Origin: an uncultured Bacteroidales bacterium
GTDB lineage: Bacteria; Bacteroidota; Bacteroidia; Bacteroidales; Muribaculaceae
Assembly (NCBI GenBank): GCA_949289215.1
Contig: CASENC010000038.1
Coordinates: 22,319-86,318, forward strand
Reading direction: 5' to 3'
Length of the DNA: 64,000 nt
Part shown: one piece after another, positions 55,527 through 64,000 of the stretch
Position numbering within the stretch: position 1 is the first letter of the stretch
Layout: every line of letters begins with the position of its first letter
Notes under the pieces: model-generated
The model's database searches: none
Told to the model about the DNA's origin: nothing
What the model saw: the letters and a program-made list of their open reading frames with translations, nothing else
Translations under genes and position numbers: made by a program

Positions 55527-57536
55527 ATGACACAAGAAGAATTTTCGCGACAGATACGTGTCGGCATTCCCGATGAATTGCCGCAGCCGCAACCATATGA
55601 CGAGACTGTAAATCATGCGCCCCGCCGCAAAGATATACTTACCGATGATGAGAAACGGCTTGCATTGCGCAATGCATTGCGTTACTTCCCACCTAAATTT
55701 CACGCCACGCTTGCACCGGAGTTTGCCGAGGAATTGGAAAAATACGGGCGAATTTATATGTATCGTTTCCGTCCGACTTACAAGATGTATGCCCGACCGA
55801 TAGATGAATATCCGCATCGCAGTCGTCAGGCGGCCGCAATAATGCTGATGATACAAAACAACCTGGATCCGGCCGTAGCCCAGCACCCACATGAACTTAT
55901 AGTGTATGGCGGCAATGGAGCGGCGTTTCAGAATTGGGCGCAATACCTGCTCACGATGAAATACCTGAGCGAGATGACCGATGAGCAGTCGCTGGTGATG
56001 TATTCGGGGCATCCTCTTGGATTGTTCCCCTCGCACCGCGATGCTCCACGAGTGGTTGTGACAAACGGCATGGTAATTCCCAATTATTCGAAGCCCGATG
56101 ATTGGGAACGTATGAACGCACTGGGTGTGAGCCAATATGGGCAGATGACCGCGGGGTCGTATATGTATATAGGTCCGCAGGGTATAGTGCATGGTACCAC
56201 TATAACTGTGCTTAATGCCGCTCGTAAGAAACTTGCCGATTATCCCGGACGTACCGATATCCATGGTATGCTTTTCGTTTCATCGGGGCTTGGCGGAATG
56301 TCGGGTGCTCAACCCAAGGCCGGTAATATAGCCGGAGTGGTGAGCGTGGTAGCCGAAATTAATCCGCAAGCCGCACAAAAACGTTACGACCAGGGTTGGG
56401 TGGATGAGCTGCATGATAACCTTGACGAATTGATACCTGTAATAAAGAGTGCCGTGGCCGAACGCAGAACAGTGTCGTTAGCCTATGTGGGGAATGTGGT
56501 TGACTTGTGGGAGAGACTTGCCGATGAGGAAATCCACGTTGACTTGGGCAGCGACCAGACCTCACTCCACAATCCGTGGGCAGGAGGATATTACCCCGTA
56601 GGGTTGACGTTTGACGAGTCGAAGCGCATGATGGCCGAAGATCCCACCACATTCAAGCAAGCGGTAGAGAATTCGCTGCGCCGGCAAGTGGCTGCAATCA
56701 ACAAACTGGCTGAGCGCGGAATGTATTTCTTTGACTACGGCAATGCATTCCTGTTGCAATCTCGGCGGGCAGGTGCCGACATCATGTCGCCCGACGGGAA
56801 ACGTTTCCGTTATCCGTCGTATGTGCAAGATATCATGGGTCCCATGTTTTTCGATTACGGTTTCGGGCCTTTCCGTTGGGTATGTACTTCGGGCGACCCA
56901 GCCGACCTTGCGCTTACCGACCGACTTGCAACCGAGGCACTTGAAGAGATACGCAAAACAGCTCCCGAAGAAATACACGGGCAACTTGATGACAACATAC
57001 ACTGGATACGTGAAGCTGGCCGCAACCATCTTGTGGTAGGGTCACAGGCTCGTATCCTATATGCCGATGCCGAGGGGCGCACCAAGATTGCACTTGCGTT
57101 CAACCGGGCTGTTGCAAGCGGTGAATTAAAAGCCCCTGTGGTGCTCGGACGCGACCATCACGATGTGTCGGGTACCGATTCGCCGTTCCGCGAAACGAGC
57201 AATATATATGACGGGTCGCAATTCTGTGCCGATATGGCTGTGCAGAATGTAATCGGAGATGCATTCCGTGGAGCCACATGGGTGTCGTTGCATAATGGCG
57301 GCGGCGTAGGCTGGGGCGAAGTTATAAATGGCGGTTTCGGCATGGTTGTCGATGGCTCGGCCGATAGCGAACGTCACATACGCGAGATGCTGTTCTGGGA
57401 TGTGAACAATGGCATTGCACGTCGCAGTTGGGCCCGTAATACAGGTTCAATGCACTGCATAGAGCGCGCGATGCAGCTTTGCCCGGAACTGAAAGTGACC
57501 ATGCCCAACCTTGTTGACGACAGTTTATTGAAATAA
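55527..57536 (+). CDS. hutU: urocanate hydratase (long form)
   Basis: 669 aa. YGGNGAAFQNW, GMSGAQPKA, HDVSGTDSPFRETSN. Confidence 0.92.
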   Translation: MTQEEFSRQIRVGIPDELPQPQPYDETVNHAPRRKDILTDDEKRLALRNALRYFPPKFHATLAPEFAEELEKYGRIYMYRFRPTYKMYARPIDEYPHRSRQAAAIMLMIQNNLDPAVAQHPHELIVYGGNGAAFQNWAQYLLTMKYLSEMTDEQSLVMYSGHPLGLFPSHRDAPRVVVTNGMVIPNYSKPDDWERMNALGVSQYGQMTAGSYMYIGPQGIVHGTTITVLNAARKKLADYPGRTDIHGMLFVSSGLGGMSGAQPKAGNIAGVVSVVAEINPQAAQKRYDQGWVDELHDNLDELIPVIKSAVAERRTVSLAYVGNVVDLWERLADEEIHVDLGSDQTSLHNPWAGGYYPVGLTFDESKRMMAEDPTTFKQAVENSLRRQVAAINKLAERGMYFFDYGNAFLLQSRRAGADIMSPDGKRFRYPSYVQDIMGPMFFDYGFGPFRWVCTSGDPADLALTDRLATEALEEIRKTAPEEIHGQLDDNIHWIREAGRNHLVVGSQARILYADAEGRTKIALAFNRAVASGELKAPVVLGRDHHDVSGTDSPFRETSNIYDGSQFCADMAVQNVIGDAFRGATWVSLHNGGGVGWGEVINGGFGMVVDGSADSERHIREMLFWDVNNGIARRSWARNTGSMHCIERAMQLCPELKVTMPNLVDDSLLK

Positions 57537-57576
57537 CACTAAGAGGGGTGTGTCGAAATTCTAATATTGATATTGT

Positions 57577-57600
57577 AGAGACGTGGCGTGCCGCGTCTCG
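57577..57600. repeat. REP-like hairpin AGAGACGTGGCGTGCCGCGTCTCG (arm A)
   Basis: Self-complementary GAGACG...CGTCTC stem with an inner GGC/GCC pairing. Perfect reverse complement of 57649-57672. Confidence 0.9.
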
Positions 57601-57648
57601 ATAACAGCAACGATTGATTTATAATGATTTATGCAATGTTACTTGCTA

Positions 57649-57672
57649 CGAGACGCGGCACGCCACGTCTCT
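57649..57672. repeat. REP-like hairpin CGAGACGCGGCACGCCACGTCTCT (arm B)
   Basis: Perfect 24-nt reverse complement of arm A, 48 nt downstream. Confidence 0.9.
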
Positions 57673-57748
57673 CTACGTATGACAAAATTGTATTTCGATA
57701 CACCCACTTGAGGTTTTCATCCATTCATACCTTCTAACAATACATTTT

Positions 57749-59248
57749 ATGGTACATAAAATATCGGCCGAACATCTTTCCATTGAGCGTGTCGGGGAAA
57801 TTATCCGCAAGGGATATAAAATAGAACTTAGTGATGATGCTCGTAACCGCATTGTGCGTTGCCGCGAGTATCTCGACAAGAAGATTGCCGAAAATCGTGC
57901 TCCTATTTATGGCGTTACTACAGGTTTCGGCTCGCTTTGTAATGTTTCGATAGGCGGCGACCACCTTGCCCAGTTGCAAATCAACCTTATGATGTCGCAC
58001 GCTTGCGGTACCGGCGACCGCGTTCCCAATGAAATCGTGAAGATAATGTTGCTGCTGAAAGTGCAGTCGCTCAGTTACGGATATTCGGGGTGCAAGCTCG
58101 ACACAGTGGAACGCCTTATCGATTTCTTTAATAATGATATTTATCCGGTGGTTTATATGCAAGGATCGCTTGGAGCTTCGGGTGACCTGGTGCCGCTTGC
58201 GCACCTGACGTTGCCGCTTGTGGGGCTTGGCGAAGTGGAATACAAGGGTAAAATCATGTCGGGGGCCGATGTGTTGCGTCGCAAGGGCTGGAAGCCCATA
58301 CAACTTGCCTCGAAGGAAGGGCTTGCATTGCTCAATGGCACGCAAAACATGGGTGCTTTTGCCGTGTGGGCTTTGCTTGAAAGCCGCCGGTTGTGCCATT
58401 GGGCCGATGCGATTGCAGCAATGTCGCTCGATGCGTATTGTGGGCTTGTGGAACCGTTTACCGATGCCGTTCACCAGGTGCGTCCGCATAACGGGCAGAT
58501 TGCCACGGCTGCCGCCATGCGCAGGTTGCTTGCCGGCAGTGAAATTGTGGATACTGCCAAGTCATATGTACAAGACCCGTATTCGTTCCGTTGCATACCG
58601 CAAGTGCATGGCGCGGCAAAAGATACGCTCGATTATGTGGAGTCGGTTATCGATACCGAAATAAATTCGGCCACCGACAATCCCACTGTGTGTCCCGATG
58701 ACGACCTTATAATTTCGGCAGGCAATTTCCATGGAGAACCTATAGCCATGCCCATGGATTTCCTTGCAATTGCCATGAGCGAACTTGCAAACATATCGGA
58801 ACGCCGCATATACAAGCTTGTTTCCGGTACACGCGGATTGCCCAGTTTCCTTGTCGCCAATCCGGGTGTGAATAGTGGTTTTATGATAACGCAATACACT
58901 GCTGCATCGATTGTAAGCTTGAACAAGAGCCTGTGTACGCCGTCGTCGGTCGATAGCATTCCGTCGAGCCAAGGTCAGGAAGACCATGTGAGCATGGGAG
59001 CAAATGCAGCAATTAAGTTGTATAAAGTGGTGTTGAATACCGAGCGGGTGCTTGCCATCGAATTGTTCAATGCGGCACAAGCCCTCGACTTTAGACGTCC
59101 GCTCAAGTCTTCACCGATGATAGAGGAAATATACAGTAAATATCGCGAGGCAGTGCCGTTTATCGTCAATGATGAGGTAATGTACCCGCATATCAAACAT
59201 TCGATTGAATTTATTGAACAAAATCAATGTCCACCTGTATGCGACTGA
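57749..59248 (+). CDS. hutH: histidine ammonia-lyase
   Basis: MIO-forming motif GSLGASGDLVPLAHL. Confidence 0.95.
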   Translation: MVHKISAEHLSIERVGEIIRKGYKIELSDDARNRIVRCREYLDKKIAENRAPIYGVTTGFGSLCNVSIGGDHLAQLQINLMMSHACGTGDRVPNEIVKIMLLLKVQSLSYGYSGCKLDTVERLIDFFNNDIYPVVYMQGSLGASGDLVPLAHLTLPLVGLGEVEYKGKIMSGADVLRRKGWKPIQLASKEGLALLNGTQNMGAFAVWALLESRRLCHWADAIAAMSLDAYCGLVEPFTDAVHQVRPHNGQIATAAAMRRLLAGSEIVDTAKSYVQDPYSFRCIPQVHGAAKDTLDYVESVIDTEINSATDNPTVCPDDDLIISAGNFHGEPIAMPMDFLAIAMSELANISERRIYKLVSGTRGLPSFLVANPGVNSGFMITQYTAASIVSLNKSLCTPSSVDSIPSSQGQEDHVSMGANAAIKLYKVVLNTERVLAIELFNAAQALDFRRPLKSSPMIEEIYSKYREAVPFIVNDEVMYPHIKHSIEFIEQNQCPPVCD

Positions 59249-60471
59249 TTGTAATTAACATAGGAACACTGGTATGCGACCGCCACGGGTGCATGAAGCT
59301 CGCGGGAAAAGAAATGTCACGGCTCGATACCATCGACAATGCTTATTTGCTTGTGGAAGATGGCACGGTGGCGGTATTCGGCAAAATGGACGAGTTGCCA
59401 GGCGATGGTGTCGGTGCCGATGAAACGGTCGATGCCCGTGGCGGCATGGTGTTGCCGTCGTGGTGCGACCCTCACACGCATATTGTGTATGCAGGCAGTC
59501 GTGAAGGGGAATTTGTGGATAAAATACGCGGATTGAGTTATGCCGAAATCGCCCGCCGTGGCGGCGGCATACTCAATTCGGCCGACTTGTTGCATACGCT
59601 GTCGGAAGACGAACTTTACAGGCAGTCGATGCCACGTGTGCGCGAAATAATGGCAAAAGGTACGGGCTGCGTGGAGATAAAAAGCGGATACGGGCTTAAT
59701 ACTGCCGATGAGTTGAAGATGCTTCATGTGATAAGGCGTATAAAAGAGAGTGTGCCTATGCATGTGTCGGCAACTTTTCTTGGAGCACATGCCGTGGGGC
59801 GCAATTACAGCAAAGAACAATATGTGGAATTACTTGTCAATGAAATGATTCCCGAGGTAGGACGCGAGCAGCTTGCCGAATTTATCGACGTGTTTTGTGA
59901 CGAAGGCTTCTTCACGCCCGATGATACAGAGCGAATACTTGAAGCCGGTGCCAAGTGGGGCATGAAGCCCAAAATTCATGCCGATGAGCTTGCTGCGTCG
60001 GGCGGCGTGGAAGTGGCCGTGAGGCACGGGGCACTGTCGGTCGATCACTTGGAACGCATCACCGATGCCGAGATTGAATTGTTGCGCACGTCGGCGACCA
60101 TTCCTACGGGATTGCCCGGAACATCGTTTTTCCTGAATATGCCATACGCCCCGTTGCGCAAGATGATAGATGCCGGGTGCAGTGTGGCAGTTGCCAGTGA
60201 TTATAACCCCGGGTCAACGCCATCGGGTGACATGAAATTTGCCGTTTCGCTTGCATGCATCAAGATGCGCCTGTTGCCTGCCGAGGCCATCAATGCCGCC
60301 ACCATTAATGCCGCCTGTGCAATGGGGCAAAGTTGTGATTACGGCTCGATAACACCCGGCAAGCGTGCCAATTTCTATATTACCAAGCCGCTGCCATCGG
60401 TGGATTTCATACCCTATGCCTACACCACTCCCATCATAAGCCGCGCATACATCGGAGGCCGCGAATTGTGA
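59239..60471 (+). CDS. hutI: imidazolonepropionase
   Basis: DPHTHIVYAG, KIHADEL and the amidohydrolase fold pattern. An alternative start lies at 59227. Confidence 0.9.
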   Translation: MRLIVINIGTLVCDRHGCMKLAGKEMSRLDTIDNAYLLVEDGTVAVFGKMDELPGDGVGADETVDARGGMVLPSWCDPHTHIVYAGSREGEFVDKIRGLSYAEIARRGGGILNSADLLHTLSEDELYRQSMPRVREIMAKGTGCVEIKSGYGLNTADELKMLHVIRRIKESVPMHVSATFLGAHAVGRNYSKEQYVELLVNEMIPEVGREQLAEFIDVFCDEGFFTPDDTERILEAGAKWGMKPKIHADELAASGGVEVAVRHGALSVDHLERITDAEIELLRTSATIPTGLPGTSFFLNMPYAPLRKMIDAGCSVAVASDYNPGSTPSGDMKFAVSLACIKMRLLPAEAINAATINAACAMGQSCDYGSITPGKRANFYITKPLPSVDFIPYAYTTPIISRAYIGGREL

Positions 60472-60525
60472 TATGTTGGCAAGGCTGCCCTGTCATCATT
60501 TATAAAAAACATTACTAAAACAAGC

Positions 60526-63500
60526 ATGGAAAAGAAAAATTTGGAATTAGATGTATTAAGAAAGGAAAAGGGCTTGGGTAGCAAGGGGGATTCCTACGTA
60601 GTAATGTATGAAGGCAAGGAGTGGCGTGTGCCTATGTTCAGTTTCCAAATAGACGGCGAGTGCCCGGAAAAGGTGAAATGCGTCTTCAAAAATAACGAGC
60701 TGGTGCAAGACACGCAGGTGGTGGCCGAGAAATATTACAGGGTGGGCAGCACTTATTTGTTTACAATAAAGAAAAAGTGGCCGACCTATAAGTATTATGA
60801 ATTGCAGGATAGGAATGTAAACGAGAACGGGTTCAAGATTTATTTACAGTTTCCCGATTCCCGCAACGATTTGAATGTGGGGCAGCAAGTGGAGTGCATA
60901 GTGAAAGAGATACGCGACGGTAAGCCATTCCTTTCGCTAACCGATGCCAATCCCAGCCGAATGGAATTTAAAAGCAGGGAAAAAATTTTCAAATCGGGCG
61001 GGATGGCGTATGCGGCTTGGATTGACGAGATTTTCAAGGCTCCATTCCTTGGCGAGGTGACACGGTTGCACGACGATGGTGATGGCAAGTGGGTGTGCTT
61101 GTTTTCGAAAGAGATTGAGATGGTAATATATTCACTGCTTGTGTCGGAGAATGACGGCAAGGCCGAAATATTGGCAGCCTTGTGCCGTGACTGGATCGAT
61201 GCGATAGAATATTCCACATTTATGGGTGGGCTGTCGGTACAGGAAAAGCAGGATTACAACTATTTGTTGGCACATTCGATAGAGGTCTGCGAAGATTTTA
61301 TGGATGCACTGCTGTTGCCGGACAAGGAAGAGAAAGCCAGAGAAATAATCAAGTCGCTCGACCCGCAATATTACCGCTATCGCATCGAAAAGCGTTTTAG
61401 GACGCTCTCGTGCATATTTTCGCTCGACAAGGAAGTGATTGACGGTAATATTGATGATATGCTTGACAGAATAGGCTGCCTGGGAATGGAAGAATGTAGC
61501 AGCGACTGTAATTATATATGGATGATGGCAATACTGAAGATGTGTGCCACGGCATCGACCGGACGGTTGGATGGATGCTTGTCGGTTTCGAGCAGCGGCA
61601 AGAGCAAAATAAAGAACGGCATATTGTCGCTGTGCTATTTGGCCAAGGTGATGAGTTGCCGTGGAGATACCGATGCCGGCATAGTGGCAGGTAAGGCATA
61701 TCTATTGGCATCGGCATATATGCTTGGCGACAAGGAGAAGTTGCAATTGTTGGGCAATGCCTATTTGTGCTTGTTTGCAGGTTGTTCAGCAATGTCGCAG
61801 TTTAAGTGGGAGCAATTGGGTGGTATGGTAAAAACAGAACTTTACCGTATGTGCAGTGACATTCCTTCCGACGAAAGAAAGAGCCTTGTATATGTAAATG
61901 ATGTGTCTTATTGCAAGCTATCGCCCAAAGGGATAAAATTGGCTCCGCGCAATTATAATGGCGATTTTGCCGAGTTTAAGATTACGGGTGTGGAGCTTGC
62001 GGTTTCAATCAGTTATACCAAGAGCCTTTCTCGGATTGAAGAAGAAGATAATTTCCTCGACATAAGGAACGCCTGGCGCGAAGTAAGCGACACTGTGGCT
62101 TCACCGGTGCGCAAAATCGAAGAGCGCAAGGTGCTGCAAGATAACGAGGAGGTGGATGTGTATGTGACAGGTATCAAGGACTATGAAACCATGCAGTGTC
62201 GTGCTGTGGGGTATGGCGATGAAGGTATAGGTGAAATGAAGTTTAACGACTTGCTGTTCTATCGCCGGCCAAATTTGTGTATCGAAGATTTTGCGGGCAC
62301 CGATGGCTCAGGCTTGGTTTTCCCTGCCATTTACAGTTTGGAAGATGGCAAGCCGGTATTTTATGCCAAAAAATACAAGGTGAACTTTGCCATATATTCT
62401 TTCAATGATGGCGATGAAGTGTTGTGCAAGGTGTTGACGGTGAGGGATAATGGAACGTGCGTGTGCGTTACTGCCGATGGTCTGTTTATGTCGGTGAATG
62501 CTCTTGGCAACGATGTGGCAACGAATTGCTATATCATGGCCGAAGTTACCGGTAAAAACCGCGATACGGGGTATGCATACGCCGAATTTGTTGAATTTGC
62601 CGAGCAGTCGTTTGCCGGGCGCAATGTGTATGCCGAGTACCTAAAGGCGTTCAACAAGTGGTATTACAAAGGAGAAATGACACTTGATGCTCTTGAGGCC
62701 GAGGGGGAATCGTCGCCTCAGGACGAAACATTGTCGAAAGCGTCGAGGGGGCAGATGTTGCTGCTTATGGACGTGTTCAACAAGCTTTCGGAACTTGAAG
62801 ATGCCCGACGAAGGTATTGCTGCTTGGCCATTAGCAAGATTGTGGCAGCCATAGTGGGTGACGAGTGGTATATACGGTTGATAGAGTTGCGGATGAAATA
62901 TGCCGAGCAACTGTATAGTTTTTCGCTTAACAATAAGTTGCAAGAAACGGATATAGAAGCATTCTGCTTTAAGGCGGAAGAGTATGGAATGTTGAAATTG
63001 CCCGAGATTGCCGAACGGCTGAATGTGCTTAAAGTGCTTTGTTGTTATGGCGTGTCGGTAGTTGGTGACAGGGTCGATGGTAAGCTGTTGGAGCATATAC
63101 AGAAGGCAGCATCTCCACTTGAAAAGGAACTTGCCACGTTAGTGCTTTCGGGCAACTTGCTGTCGGGGTTCAGGAATGATGCCTTGTGCGACAAGGTGCT
63201 CGACGAAATAGGCAATGTGCTGCGCGTGTGTATAATCAAGCCGCAAAGCATACACATAGGCGAGGAGGGCAAGAAACTCGAGTTCAAAACTTCACTTGTG
63301 TATCCGCCCGGAAACCACGGCAACGAGGGCTTGGAGGAACAAACCGAGAACATAATGCATGCAATCATGGGCATGATGAATGCCGATGGTGGTGAACTTT
63401 ATATAGGAGTGAACGACAATGGCAATGTAGTTGGACTTTACGACGACTTGACGTATTTTTCGCGCCGCGACAATAATTGCAACGAGGAGAAGGCAAAGGA

Positions 63501-63681
63501 TAATTTCAAAAATTATTTCAGTTGGAAATTGCAGGGTCGCATAGGCACGGATAATGCAGCAAGATTTGAATATGAATTCGAGGAGAAAGGGGCATATGAC
63601 GTTTTCCATATAATCATACCCAAGTTGCATGTTGATGGGAATAACGTCATACGAGTAGGAACAATAAGTATAGATAAATGA
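60526..63681 (+). CDS. large (1051 aa) uncharacterised protein with a C-terminal AlbA_2/Schlafen-like domain
   Basis: The last ~145 aa (EEGKKLEFKTSLVYPPG...IMHAIMGMMNADGGELYIGVNDNGNVVGL) match the AlbA_2 pattern. Several short OB/S1-like stretches lie upstream (GQQVECIVKEIRDGKPFLSL; DGDEVLCKVLTVRDNGTCVCV). The rest is unrecognised. Confidence 0.6.
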   Translation: MEKKNLELDVLRKEKGLGSKGDSYVVMYEGKEWRVPMFSFQIDGECPEKVKCVFKNNELVQDTQVVAEKYYRVGSTYLFTIKKKWPTYKYYELQDRNVNENGFKIYLQFPDSRNDLNVGQQVECIVKEIRDGKPFLSLTDANPSRMEFKSREKIFKSGGMAYAAWIDEIFKAPFLGEVTRLHDDGDGKWVCLFSKEIEMVIYSLLVSENDGKAEILAALCRDWIDAIEYSTFMGGLSVQEKQDYNYLLAHSIEVCEDFMDALLLPDKEEKAREIIKSLDPQYYRYRIEKRFRTLSCIFSLDKEVIDGNIDDMLDRIGCLGMEECSSDCNYIWMMAILKMCATASTGRLDGCLSVSSSGKSKIKNGILSLCYLAKVMSCRGDTDAGIVAGKAYLLASAYMLGDKEKLQLLGNAYLCLFAGCSAMSQFKWEQLGGMVKTELYRMCSDIPSDERKSLVYVNDVSYCKLSPKGIKLAPRNYNGDFAEFKITGVELAVSISYTKSLSRIEEEDNFLDIRNAWREVSDTVASPVRKIEERKVLQDNEEVDVYVTGIKDYETMQCRAVGYGDEGIGEMKFNDLLFYRRPNLCIEDFAGTDGSGLVFPAIYSLEDGKPVFYAKKYKVNFAIYSFNDGDEVLCKVLTVRDNGTCVCVTADGLFMSVNALGNDVATNCYIMAEVTGKNRDTGYAYAEFVEFAEQSFAGRNVYAEYLKAFNKWYYKGEMTLDALEAEGESSPQDETLSKASRGQMLLLMDVFNKLSELEDARRRYCCLAISKIVAAIVGDEWYIRLIELRMKYAEQLYSFSLNNKLQETDIEAFCFKAEEYGMLKLPEIAERLNVLKVLCCYGVSVVGDRVDGKLLEHIQKAASPLEKELATLVLSGNLLSGFRNDALCDKVLDEIGNVLRVCIIKPQSIHIGEEGKKLEFKTSLVYPPGNHGNEGLEEQTENIMHAIMGMMNADGGELYIGVNDNGNVVGLYDDLTYFSRRDNNCNEEKAKDNFKNYFSWKLQGRIGTDNAARFEYEFEEKGAYDVFHIIIPKLHVDGNNVIRVGTISIDK

Positions 63682-64000
63682 AGGCTTGCAGGGTTATAAG
63701 TTTAGTAATAATAGCCGTGTTGGGGTGCGTCGGCATGGCAAGGGCTGCGAAGGTGCAATTTAATACCGATTCGCTGCTGCGTGTGCTCGACGGCATAGTA
63801 GAGGGTTGTGAACATATCAAGGAGAAGAAGCAAGGCATGATTGCCGCGAGCCGTGCCAGGCTGGAAAAAGCCAAGGGAGATTCGGCCCGGTTTGTCGCAC
63901 TTGGTGAAATGTTTAGGCAGTATAGGAAGTACAGGCTCGATTCGGCACTGTATTATGCCAGGCAGCGGGTGGAGATTGCGAGCAATCGCGAGTGGCGTGA
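63678..64000 (+). CDS. 5' part of a DUF6377-like regulator (runs off the window); start is approximate to within 1 nt
   Basis: ATGA-type junction with the upstream stop. Signal-like N-terminus, then TDSLLRVLDGIVEGCEHIKEKKQGMI...YRKYRLDSALYYA, reminiscent of DUF6377 N-termini. Confidence 0.4.
   Translation, partial: MKACRVISLVIIAVLGCVGMARAAKVQFNTDSLLRVLDGIVEGCEHIKEKKQGMIAASRARLEKAKGDSARFVALGEMFRQYRKYRLDSALYYARQRVEIASNREWR

Overview
This 64-kb window has every credible gene on the + strand. It looks like a Bacteroidales chromosome: Bacteroides-type TTTG/TAnnTTTG promoter boxes, fimbrillin-type lipoproteins, a T9SS type-B sorting domain and long-form urocanase.

Gene order:
- 1-2889: the 3' part of rpe, tRNA-Ser(CGA), a DUF3298-like lipoprotein and an AspC-like aminotransferase.
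- 3182-4610: a tyrosine recombinase, followed at once by a ~190-bp segment bracketed by 18-nt inverted repeats. The segment carries a TAnnTTTG box pointing downstream, so it is a candidate invertible promoter.
- 4995-34220: a ~29-kb capsule/O-antigen-type operon. It encodes Wzx, two DegT-type aminotransferases, WbqC, a NeuD-type acyltransferase, a MaoC+CitE pair, Glf, about 12 glycosyltransferases, Wzy, a priming phosphoglycosyltransferase, Wza and Wzc. Two decoration genes are disrupted: an acyltransferase-3 frameshift and an in-frame TGA in a pyruvyl transferase.
- 34272-40489: a 61-aa acidic ORF, two fimbrillin-like lipoproteins and an OmpA-family protein. One lipoprotein carries a PI-PLC-like barrel that lacks the canonical catalytic residues; the other has a FISUMP-like C-terminus.
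- 40769-40940: a cluster of REP-like palindromes.
- 41008-43124: a cytoplasmic S24/S26-like peptidase translationally coupled to an ABC exporter.
- 43295-60471: housekeeping genes (fur, purA, DUF1015, a T9SS cargo protein, a lytic transglycosylase, uvrA, a Pif1-like helicase with TPR repeats) and the histidine-utilisation operon ftcD-hutU-hutH-hutI.
- 60526-64000: an orphan 1051-aa protein ending in an AlbA_2/Schlafen-like domain, and the 5' end of a DUF6377-like regulator.

The most interesting candidate is an uncharacterised three-gene cassette at 28715-31012: a PqqD-like protein, a PF14907-type nucleotidyltransferase and an HPr-kinase-like P-loop kinase. It sits inside the capsule operon between the priming transferase and Wza/Wzc. 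These are RiPP-type accessory genes, but no RiPP core enzymes are present in the window.

All functional calls rest on motif recognition by eye; no searches were run.
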